63,993 bases of DNA from a virus (taxonomy: Duplodnaviria > Caudoviricetes), in IMG/VR virus record IMGVR_UViG_3300020432_000008, positions 1-63,993 of that record; one strand, 5' to 3'. Position 1 is the stretch's first letter, and every line of letters starts with the position of its first letter. Shown piece after piece: positions 9,399-17,146 of the stretch. The notes beneath the pieces were generated by a model. That model made no database searches, had not been told where the DNA came from, and was given only the letters and a program-made list of their open reading frames with translations. The translations under genes and the position numbers were made by a program.

Positions 9399-9542
9399 TT
9401 AATTTTCTTGTCCTCATTTAATGGACTATTGAAGTATGCTCTATTTACAAAGTAGAGTAATACTAGAGTGAACATAATACCAAAGAATCCAATAATCAAT
9501 ATTGGACTCTGGGGCAAGTCATAATAGGGAACTGTTTGCATT

Positions 9543-9770
9543 TTATTTAATTGATGTTAATGGGTGTATTAAGTCAGTAGTGAAATCTATATCAGATATA
9601 CACCAACCAGTAGTATCTGATATTTTGTCAATAAGATGTTCTTCATCAAAGGCGTACCATACGCCCTTAGTATTGAATACTATATCTTCTTGCTCTTCTT
9701 TGTCTATCTCGCCTTGACTATCTGTAAAATCAAAGGTAATATCTGTAATAAGATAAGCGGTTTGCTTCAT
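9543..9770 (-). CDS. small acidic hypothetical protein
   Basis: GGAG RBS; ISDxTGWC motif. Confidence 0.75.
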   Translation of the reverse strand: MKQTAYLITDITFDFTDSQGEIDKEEQEDIVFNTKGVWYAFDEEHLIDKISDTTGWCISDIDFTTDLIHPLTSIK

Positions 9771-9927
9771 TTTTCTATCTCCAAAGAATCAATAAAGGCA
9801 ACACAATGTTCAGTAAATTTCTTTACATCAATAGGTGCTACTTTGTCATCTTCTTCTCCAATATAATAAAATTGGTTATTGATGTTTGAAATCAAAGTAA
9901 GAAGTGCTGTTTCGTTATTAGTGTAAC

Positions 9928-10137
9928 TCATTTTGTATAAAAGGCAGGGTTTACTTCTTCAATATCTACAAATTCATAATCTTGAAAATTGTCAAAATCA
10001 GTTTCATAGTCATCATACTCGCCCTTCTCATAAAGGCGGATTGCTTCTTCTGCGGTTTCTGCCCATACAAAAGCAGAACCCCAACCGATAAACTTTTCGG
10101 TAATCTCGAATTGTTTTTTGTTTTCTGGGATTTCCAT
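9928..10137 (-). CDS. small acidic hypothetical protein
   Basis: first gene after cassette at 10140-10218. Confidence 0.75.
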   Translation of the reverse strand: MEIPENKKQFEITEKFIGWGSAFVWAETAEEAIRLYEKGEYDDYETDFDNFQDYEFVDIEEVNPAFYTK

Positions 10138-10203
10138 AATGTTTGTTTGTTATAGTATTATTATAGGGCAGTGATATGAAATATCAACTACCCATGTGCC
10201 AGT

Positions 10204-10557
10204 TTACAAATAGGTTATCTCGCCCTTTTCAACTGCCTCCTCTAGTTCATAATAGTTTGCTCTCTCTGCATCTATCTCTTCTTGATGATATTCAAATACC
10301 ATATTCTGATAAATGTCGAACAAATCCTGTAATACTACGCCTTCTAGGTCTGTCCATGAACCAACATAGTCTAACTGTGTTTCATCATATCCGCCCTTCT
10401 CAAGACTAGGAGCACTTACAAAGTGCATACCAATGTCAATAAAGAAATGTCTGCCATACTTCTCACTTACATGAGTTTTTGTTGGTCTGAAATGGCAACC
10501 ATGTACGCCCTCTGGATCTCTCAAATCATTGAAATCTCTGAAAATATATGTGTGCAT
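10204..10557 (-). CDS. hypothetical protein
   Basis: GGAGG RBS, coupled. Confidence 0.75.
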   Translation of the reverse strand: MHTYIFRDFNDLRDPEGVHGCHFRPTKTHVSEKYGRHFFIDIGMHFVSAPSLEKGGYDETQLDYVGSWTDLEGVVLQDLFDIYQNMVFEYHQEEIDAERANYYELEEAVEKGEITYL

Positions 10558-10736
10558 TACACTGCCTCCTCTAGTAGTTCGCTTGTATCTTGAATTGTAA
10601 ACTCTACACCCATGTCAGTTTCAATAATGGTTTCTAACTGACAATTAGTTAGAGTATCATTCTTGAGATAGTAAAAGGTTACGTCATCATCTTTATCTTG
10701 TAGAGATAACCACTCAATTAATTGTGATACTTTCAT
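10557..10736 (-). CDS. hypothetical protein
   Basis: start MKVSQLIEWL after GGAG RBS. Confidence 0.7.
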   Translation of the reverse strand: MKVSQLIEWLSLQDKDDDVTFYYLKNDTLTNCQLETIIETDMGVEFTIQDTSELLEEAV

Positions 10737-10737
10737 T

Positions 10738-10923
10738 CTACCAATCTCCGTTAGAATCAGCATAGACATCTTCATTCCAATGCTCTGTCTCTTCTATAAT
10801 ACCAACATGGCGCATGATACCATCATAGATTTCCATGCCTGATCTTGACATTCTGCCACATGAATAATCCCAACCTAACTCGGTTAAGTTATCCACAATA
10901 AAGTTGAGTGAAACTTTTTTCAT
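10738..10923 (-). CDS. hypothetical protein
   Basis: first gene after cassette at 10927-11005. Confidence 0.7.
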   Translation of the reverse strand: MKKVSLNFIVDNLTELGWDYSCGRMSRSGMEIYDGIMRHVGIIEETEHWNEDVYADSNGDW

Positions 10924-10988
10924 AATTGTTTGTTTGTTATATTATTATTGTATAGGCACCAGATCAGAATACAACCACCTGTGTGCCA

Positions 10989-11891
10989 CTATCTGAACTG
11001 TCTGTTGTTGAAGTTTGCGTAACTGAACTGTTGACGTTTTACAAGTTTGAATGTACCATATTTGTTAGACATTACATAACCCTCATGTTCATAAGGCACA
11101 CTATCAAATAGACATTGAACATTCTCTGTAGTAGTGATACCTTCCATGAGTAATTCTTTTATCTCAATTATCATATTGTATAAATGAAATAAGTTTTTAG
11201 AGTATCCTGTATCACTCGCCAATTTGTCTGCATCAAGTGATTGACCTGAGCGTATATAACTGTTGATACTTACTTTCAACTGTGGTATATCATTACTGTC
11301 TGGAAACTTGACAAATGGTATTACAGTTTTGGCAAGTGTAATAAGTAAGTTCAATCTGAAATGTCTTTTAGATATTGATGCACCTGTATCAATAAAGTGA
11401 ACACCATAACTCTTAGATTCTCTATAATGAAACTTAGCATCTAACTCTTGTATGGTAGCACCAATATACTGTGTATGAGTGGCAACAATAATGTCATCAA
11501 TTACATTATCAAATTTGTATGTAATAGTATTGGGCGTGTGAGTATCTGAACCACCATAACCAATAAAGTCGCCTTGATATATGCCATCATTCTGTGGTAG
11601 TCTGTCTAGACATATATGTAGAATCGAAGCAACTCTAGGTATATGTCCATGATTAGATTCAATATCTGTGTGAGTATAGTTTATCTTGATTCTTCTCTTG
11701 TTGAATACTGATTTAGTTCCTACAAAGAATTTGCCATTCTCAGGGTTAGTTCCATATACTATAGCAGGAGCGCCATCATACTTTACTGATACCTGACTCT
11801 GTTTGGTATCTAAGAAGTTGATAGCATTGATCGCACCTTGCTTACCCTCAAGTATATGATCTTCAATATGTTCTAAGTGTTTGTTCTTCAT
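10989..11891 (-). CDS. DUF6267-like protein, ligase-type nucleotidyltransferase motifs
   Basis: KNKHLEHIED, VKYDGAPAI, FFVGTKSVFN, YQGDF, EGYVM, FKLVKR; start at MKNKH (upstream in-frame part is the promoter). Confidence 0.75.
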   Translation of the reverse strand: MKNKHLEHIEDHILEGKQGAINAINFLDTKQSQVSVKYDGAPAIVYGTNPENGKFFVGTKSVFNKRRIKINYTHTDIESNHGHIPRVASILHICLDRLPQNDGIYQGDFIGYGGSDTHTPNTITYKFDNVIDDIIVATHTQYIGATIQELDAKFHYRESKSYGVHFIDTGASISKRHFRLNLLITLAKTVIPFVKFPDSNDIPQLKVSINSYIRSGQSLDADKLASDTGYSKNLFHLYNMIIEIKELLMEGITTTENVQCLFDSVPYEHEGYVMSNKYGTFKLVKRQQFSYANFNNRQFR

Positions 11892-12031
11892 ACAACCATT
11901 ATAACACATGGCACTAGGTTTTCAACCATCTATGTGCCAGTTTGTAAAGTGGTCGGGCGGTAGTTGAGTACGCAACTGTTTGAACTACCATTAAGTATGT
12001 TGATCTAGAATTAACTCTCATACACCCAAGA

Positions 12032-12099
12032 GAATGTGAGAGAGGTTCGACTTAAAGGGCATTTTCCTCTGGGGTCGCCCACCCATGCCTCTCACATTC
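12032..12099 (-). ncRNA. putative structured ncRNA
   Basis: begins right after cassette promoter 12102-12160; perfect 11-bp closing stem, inner GC-rich stems, no RBS/ORF. Confidence 0.5.
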
Positions 12100-12148
12100 A
12101 TATAATAGTATATTGAGATAGAATTACAACCACCTGTGTGCCAGTTTA

Positions 12149-12334
12149 TTAAATGTCACACTCTGGGTTGACAAACTTTCTATTTCGCTTTACTTTCTTT
12201 GTATTAAGATCAATTAAATCTTCTAATTCTTCTATATCTTTGGTTACATTATCTTTTTCCTCAGAATAGTAGAATAATGCTTCACTTAACAAATTAAATT
12301 GTTTATCAGTTAGTGTTACTTTAATGTCGTACAT
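12149..12334 (-). CDS. hypothetical protein
   Basis: ORF track, operon context. Confidence 0.7.
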   Translation of the reverse strand: MYDIKVTLTDKQFNLLSEALFYYSEEKDNVTKDIEELEDLIDLNTKKVKRNRKFVNPECDI

Positions 12335-12904
12335 TTATCTTAAAGGTATATTGAATGACATGATAGTTCTCTGCTTATCTGATACTGAAGCAGGCGACTC
12401 ATGTAATAATATAGAGGGGAATGTTATTATCTCTCCCTCACTTACTGGAGGCGCAATCTTATTAATTGTACCATAGTAAGGGTCAGGAAATGGACTATAA
12501 AATGTAGTCGGAAAGTGCTCTTTTTCATCAAATTCAACATATAATACACATGATATATTCATTGAACCATGATTATGAGCACCATGATATTGTCCTTTAG
12601 TGTATCTCTGTGACCATAGTTGCCATTTATCTACACTATCGCAGGGGCAATCTCCTCTATATCTATCACTTAATAACTGTGTATAATATTCTACTATGCC
12701 ATCTAGGTCTGATGTAAGTATGTTTACAAAATCCTTTAAATAAGGCGATACAGTATTATATTTGTAGTAGTCTGTTTGACATTCTACTATGTCGCAACCC
12801 TCAAAACTGATAAGTTCTAACAACTTATCTTTTTTGCTCTCCCACTTGTCCACAGCAAACTTTGCTATAGGCATTGAGAATAGATTTAGAGATTGAACAC
12901 TCAT
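12335..12904 (-). CDS. 2OG-Fe(II) oxygenase (TIGR02466-like)
   Basis: HxxHNH, SCVLY, FPSILLH, RTIMSFN. Confidence 0.85.
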   Translation of the reverse strand: MSVQSLNLFSMPIAKFAVDKWESKKDKLLELISFEGCDIVECQTDYYKYNTVSPYLKDFVNILTSDLDGIVEYYTQLLSDRYRGDCPCDSVDKWQLWSQRYTKGQYHGAHNHGSMNISCVLYVEFDEKEHFPTTFYSPFPDPYYGTINKIAPPVSEGEIITFPSILLHESPASVSDKQRTIMSFNIPLR

Positions 12905-13045
12905 TTATGTCTATAGTTGTATCGTGCTTTTCTTCTTGGTTTGATGCCTTTATCTCTTTTCAATTCTGATTTAAGTTTCTTCAAAAATTTTAAATGATTA
13001 GGATAAACTATCTTCATTAAATCTTTTTTAGTTTGGCGCTCTTCT

Positions 13046-13297
13046 TTATCCATTGTCTATGTCAATGTCGTTTAAGTCTGTAAAATAGATGCCTCTCAAT
13101 TCTGATTCTGTCCACTCGGTTAGATCATCTAAGAATAGATCATCTTGTAGGAAATCTTCTGCTGTTACTGACATTTCATGGCATAATGATTCTGCCTCCT
13201 CTAGTAATTGTTCATCAATTAAGTGTTCAATTCTAGTAGCATAGTGATCTTCCATAGTAGTAAGACACTTGAGTCTGATTTTGTCAATTTGGTGCAT
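13046..13297 (-). CDS. small acidic hypothetical protein
   Basis: ORF track, AAGG RBS. Confidence 0.65.
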   Translation of the reverse strand: MHQIDKIRLKCLTTMEDHYATRIEHLIDEQLLEEAESLCHEMSVTAEDFLQDDLFLDDLTEWTESELRGIYFTDLNDIDIDNG

Positions 13298-13346
13298 TTT
13301 AGTGACCTTTGGATAGTTTAATTATACTATAAATTGGTATCGTTGT

Positions 13347-14567
13347 CTATTTTCTGTTAGATAACGATACCTGTGCCTCTCCTTTGTTGAAAATAGTATC
13401 AACAACACTATTGAGACGGCGCTCTGTACCAATACCAACATTGTTGTAAACTGGTACAAACATCTTACCAAATGGTTTGACGTATCCAGTACCCTTGACA
13501 CAAGGTTTCAAGGCACCTGTACTGATTCTCTTTGCATCTTCTTTATGTAGTCTGATGACTCTACCAATAGTTTGTGCCATAGTAATGAGATCAAGATTTC
13601 TCAATAGAATACAGGCGTTTAGACCTGACACATTCATACCCTCTGATAGGATAGAATGATGAAACAATAGAAACTTTTTGTCTGGGTCATTGCCCCACTT
13701 ATTCATCAAATTGAAAAATGTTTTGCGTGTAATCTTCTTACCATTGATGATAGCACCATACTTTGATGTAATCCACATCACATTGTACTTACGAGCATGG
13801 CACTCACTCTGAAAGTCTGTTCTAGTAATCAATTTGTGAATATTGGTAGTAGATTTAGCAGTGACCAATACTTTGTCCATGCTCTCCTCATTGTCAAGAG
13901 CATCAAGTATCATTTCTTTGTCTATCTCCTCTACACTCTCATAGAAACCAACATTAAAGTTTCTAGTCTTGATCTGTGGAGGTACGATATAACCCTTCTC
14001 AATCAAGTCAGGGGCAGGGATTTGTGCAATCACTTGACCATACACTTTTGTATTGTTCATGCCACGCTCCTGTGATGTATGATGTTTAGGTGTAGCAGTG
14101 AAGTAAAACTTTCTTCTAGTGATGTTAGACCTATCCTTGACACTCTCAAAGAAATTCTTTTGAACTGAATTGTGTGCCTCGTCATAATATACTGTATCCG
14201 CTTCAACATCTTGTCTGACTCTGTGAAGTGAATGATATGTTGTAAAGATCAACTGATTCTTTGTACTGTTATGATGCCACTCTTGTATTTTCTTTGGATT
14301 AGTGGTAGTAATATAGTTTGTCTCTCCACTATGAACATGAAGCACCTCGACATTATCAATATGCTCAAGAAACTCCTCGCATAACTGTTGAGCGAGTAGG
14401 ATTCTAGGAGCAACAACAATTATAGTCTGTGGAATGGGCATACTGAACCGCCATTTAGCGTCCATAATCATACACATTGTTTTACCACCGCCTGTGGGCA
14501 CAAGAATCTGACCACATTTGTGTTGCATAGTCTGGATTATCTCTGTCTGATGATCTCTAAGTTTCAT
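13347..14567 (-). CDS. superfamily 2 DEAH-box helicase/ATPase
   Basis: LRDHQ, PTGGGKT, DEAH, FTATP, QTIGRVIR. Confidence 0.9.
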   Translation of the reverse strand: MKLRDHQTEIIQTMQHKCGQILVPTGGGKTMCMIMDAKWRFSMPIPQTIIVVAPRILLAQQLCEEFLEHIDNVEVLHVHSGETNYITTTNPKKIQEWHHNSTKNQLIFTTYHSLHRVRQDVEADTVYYDEAHNSVQKNFFESVKDRSNITRRKFYFTATPKHHTSQERGMNNTKVYGQVIAQIPAPDLIEKGYIVPPQIKTRNFNVGFYESVEEIDKEMILDALDNEESMDKVLVTAKSTTNIHKLITRTDFQSECHARKYNVMWITSKYGAIINGKKITRKTFFNLMNKWGNDPDKKFLLFHHSILSEGMNVSGLNACILLRNLDLITMAQTIGRVIRLHKEDAKRISTGALKPCVKGTGYVKPFGKMFVPVYNNVGIGTERRLNSVVDTIFNKGEAQVSLSNRK

Positions 14568-14602
14568 AATGTAGTTGTTTCAATAAACATAGTATAGGGA
14601 AT

Positions 14603-14625
14603 AAAAAAACCCCTCGCAAGGGGTT
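14603..14625 (-). terminator. intrinsic terminator
   Basis: AACCCCTTGCGAGGGGTTTTTTT after the 14635 stop. Confidence 0.8.
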
Positions 14626-14634
14626 GTGTGTCAG

Positions 14635-14934
14635 TTATCCAACTGGTGGCGCTCCTGTCGGGTCGGCGGGTTTAGCGTCCATGTCAAATTTACTTGATGC
14701 CTTATCATATTCTGCCTTACCTTTAAGGGCATTGACTTCAGTAATAAGTGCCTTAATGTCATCTTGCTGTTTAAGTAGGGCAGCATGAACCATAGACTCT
14801 AGTGTTGCCAATCTCTCGTCAAGATTGCCTATAGTTCTCATTGCACCATTTAGTTGTTTCTTTAGTCTATCAACTTGTTGCAACTTAACTTTAGTTAGTG
14901 TCTCTGTATCTGAAGTTAGTGAATCGTAACCCAT
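14635..14934 (-). CDS. coiled-coil hypothetical protein, late-promoter driven
   Basis: heptad pattern; CTAAATA at 14952-14958. Confidence 0.75.
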   Translation of the reverse strand: MGYDSLTSDTETLTKVKLQQVDRLKKQLNGAMRTIGNLDERLATLESMVHAALLKQQDDIKALITEVNALKGKAEYDKASSKFDMDAKPADPTGAPPVG

Positions 14935-14969
14935 AATTAATTCTTTTTAGTTATTTAGAAGTGTAAGGA

Positions 14970-15392
14970 TTATCTGATGTAGAGATAACCGCCTGCCCAA
15001 TCGCAATGAGCATACATATACTCACGTTGGTTTTGATCTCTCATATCAAATCTAACGTGTTTAGCAGGAGCACGCCATGAAGCAGGTTTATAAACTTCTC
15101 CTGTTGTTTTGTCAACAAAAGCGTGTACGCCTGCACTCTCATACTTACCATTTCTGAAATCGTTTTGTATGATTTTGTGATACTTCTTACCTGATGTGAT
15201 AGTGAATTTGATGCACTCTTCATCATTCTCAATTTTTCTTGCCCTCTCCTGTAGATACTTGTCACTGCCATTCTGACTATCCATAACATATCTCAACGAA
15301 TAGTTCCTGTACTGTGCTTCTAGGCATCTACATAGTTCCTGTGTCCACTTAAGAACTTCTGTCTTTTGAATTGCGTTTGTCAATTTAGGCAT
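14970..15392 (-). CDS. conserved phage hypothetical protein
   Basis: KYHKI...VHAFVDKTTGEVYKPASWRAPAKHVR motif recalled from cyanophage early genes. Confidence 0.8.
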   Translation of the reverse strand: MPKLTNAIQKTEVLKWTQELCRCLEAQYRNYSLRYVMDSQNGSDKYLQERARKIENDEECIKFTITSGKKYHKIIQNDFRNGKYESAGVHAFVDKTTGEVYKPASWRAPAKHVRFDMRDQNQREYMYAHCDWAGGYLYIR

Positions 15393-15410
15393 GATAATTA
15401 ATGTTTGTTG

Positions 15411-15457
15411 TAAAAAAGGAAAGGGAAGGTAACAAACACAAAACCTTCCCTCTCATA
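15411..15457 (-). ncRNA. putative hairpin sRNA / attenuator with loop antisense to the early-gene leader
   Basis: TTGCAC-N17-TATTAT promoter just upstream; GAGAGGGAAGGT-TTTGTGTTTGTT-ACCTTCCCTTTC followed by CTTTTT. Confidence 0.65.
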
Positions 15458-15460
15458 TTC

Positions 15461-15664
15461 TTATAATACTGTATGGTCAGTATCAGTGCAATCGGTAGTG
15501 TGCCACTTCTTCAACTGTCCACTACTGAATCTGTAAAAAAGCATACCCAAAGCGAAACCGATACCAAACTTTGATGCCGTACTCACACTTCTGCCCATTT
15601 GATTCAGAGCAGGCCTCATACCTTGATTGTGCATTGAGTATGGTTTTGAACCTAATCTATCCAT
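15461..15664 (-). CDS. possible small protein with hydrophobic segment
   Basis: MDRLGSK...FGIGFALGMLF; 3' third overlaps the promoter cassette. Confidence 0.35.
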   Translation of the reverse strand: MDRLGSKPYSMHNQGMRPALNQMGRSVSTASKFGIGFALGMLFYRFSSGQLKKWHTTDCTDTDHTVL

Positions 15665-15670
15665 AGTATT

Positions 15671-15732
15671 ATAATAGGGTGCGAGAAACAAAAATGATAA
15701 CTAAGATCATTTTGTTTCCCATATCCTATTAT
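15671..15732. repeat. long imperfect inverted repeat (~27-bp stem)
   Basis: ATAATAGGGTGCGAGAAACAAAAATGAT / ATCATTTTGTTTCCCATATCCTATTAT with 7-nt loop. Confidence 0.75.
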
Positions 15733-15741
15733 GGCATTATA

Positions 15742-16443
15742 TTATTCCTTTGTCAAGTCTAAATTTTCTTTTGTATCAAATGCCTTTTCTCTCTCTGCCT
15801 TGTTCAGATTGACACACCGCCAACCATAGTCGCCATTTGTCACTATTGTAGGCATCATATTCATTGATAATGTAACTCTATCTTGGAATTGGTTATCATC
15901 ATATCCATGTATGATCTGTGCAGGGAATATTATTAACTCGCCTTCATTCACGATAAGTTCATTATCTTGATTATGAGGCGTGTATTTTTTCCTCATTAAT
16001 TGTAGAGCGGGCATCGAGGGAAAATATAGACTCTCCTCTCTGGTAAAGTTTGTACTTATATGTTTTTCATTATCATAGTTCACATAATATACAGCGGATA
16101 GATATGAATTACTGTGGTAATGGGGGTGTTGATAACCACCTTTGTCTGCTACATTTATCCAACTATCAGTTACTTGTACTGTCTCCTGTATGTAATCGCC
16201 TTTAATTTCTTTTGCATAATATTCTGCCTGTTGTTCACACCAATTTCTAAATCTACCAAACTTAACATCATTCTGTAAAACAGAATAGTGTCCTATATGT
16301 GACAATGCTCTTGAGTTTGTATTATATGATAACTGATTTAACTTTTGTTCTTCTATCTCTGTCAATATGTTTTCCTTTACCTTGTCGTGGAATGGGCAAG
16401 GTATGATAGCAACAGGTGTTGGTAGTATGTTTACGACTTCCAT
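15742..16443 (-). CDS. 2OG-Fe(II) oxygenase (TIGR02466-like)
   Basis: QHPHYH, LSAVYY, FPAQIIH, RVTLSMN. Confidence 0.85.
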   Translation of the reverse strand: MEVVNILPTPVAIIPCPFHDKVKENILTEIEEQKLNQLSYNTNSRALSHIGHYSVLQNDVKFGRFRNWCEQQAEYYAKEIKGDYIQETVQVTDSWINVADKGGYQHPHYHSNSYLSAVYYVNYDNEKHISTNFTREESLYFPSMPALQLMRKKYTPHNQDNELIVNEGELIIFPAQIIHGYDDNQFQDRVTLSMNMMPTIVTNGDYGWRCVNLNKAEREKAFDTKENLDLTKE

Positions 16444-16444
16444 A

Positions 16445-17146
16445 TTATAATAGAGGATAATCCCATAGTTTACCAGACCTAAACGTAGTCATGGCAGTGT
16501 GTCTTTCTTCTTTTGTTAGAGGTTCAATTCTAACGTCATTAATATATCTAGGCATCAAATTACTGGATACTGTTATACGATTATCGCCATAGTTGGTTGT
16601 ATATCCATGACAGGTGTTAGCAGGCCACAGTAACAACGAACCCTCAACTCCAACCACTTCATTGATATAATTATACTTTGTTTCTTTTTGGTTTGTCAAC
16701 ATATATGCAAAGTAATCAGGAAAATTCATACTATCGTTAGGACGATAAAAGTATGTTGGCGAGTGAACTTCATCATCAAAGTTAATATAATATAGAGCAC
16801 ATATAGCGGCATTTATATGAAAATGAGGCGATTGTTTACCACCTGAGTCACACACATTTAACCAACTATCTGTCAATAAGAAGTCTGATGTTTCATAACC
16901 CAATATATCCTGTGCATATATCTCTGCCTGTTTCTCTATCCACTCTCTAAAATCTTTATACTTATCACTTGATAGAGGTGAATAGTAATCAAAATGTTCT
17001 AGTCCTTTTGCGTGTGCATCTACCTTTTGAAATTCATAGGTATCACCATGACTTTTGATTTCATCAATCAGTAATGACTTTACTGTCTCATGTTCTGGGT
17101 ACATCACTGCTCCCAACTTCAACGGCAGCACATCAACTGTTCTCAT
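16445..17146 (-). CDS. 2OG-Fe(II) oxygenase (TIGR02466-like), tandem paralogue
   Basis: PHFH, WPANTCH, RITVSSN; clearly similar to 15742..16443. Confidence 0.85.
   Translation of the reverse strand: MRTVDVLPLKLGAVMYPEHETVKSLLIDEIKSHGDTYEFQKVDAHAKGLEHFDYYSPLSSDKYKDFREWIEKQAEIYAQDILGYETSDFLLTDSWLNVCDSGGKQSPHFHINAAICALYYINFDDEVHSPTYFYRPNDSMNFPDYFAYMLTNQKETKYNYINEVVGVEGSLLLWPANTCHGYTTNYGDNRITVSSNLMPRYINDVRIEPLTKEERHTAMTTFRSGKLWDYPLL

Larger units (their letters stand above)
490..15522 (-). repeat. dispersed early-promoter cassette, ~19 copies (palindrome + sigma70 promoter + AACAAAC leader)
   Basis: TGTG(C/A/T)CA-N10-TG(G/T)CACA-like palindromes starting near 547, 842, 1265, 1459, 3423, 4069, 4350, 4674, 5696, 6437, 7338, 8230, 9132, 10195, 10982, 11933, 12137, 14627, 15499 (some degenerate or half-sites); most followed on the minus strand by TTGnnn-N16/17-TATAAT. 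Confidence 0.9.

Noticed and set aside
2011-10570. Shared C-terminal EEA(E/V/D/I) motif as a degron or targeting signal
   Set aside because: Explained by the GGAGGC Shine-Dalgarno of the next, translationally coupled gene
11892-11909. N-terminal extensions MCYNGC (and MTKWHK at 4365, MCHLSNWH at 4698)
   Set aside because: Translations of the promoter cassette itself, not real coding sequence
12032-12099. Assignment to a known ribozyme or riboswitch class
   Set aside because: No hammerhead CUGAUGA/GAAA core or other signature I can recognise with confidence; left as unknown ncRNA
490-15522. CRISPR-like array formed by the palindromic repeats
   Set aside because: Repeats are degenerate, irregularly spaced by hundreds of bases and separated by whole genes; each is tied to a promoter
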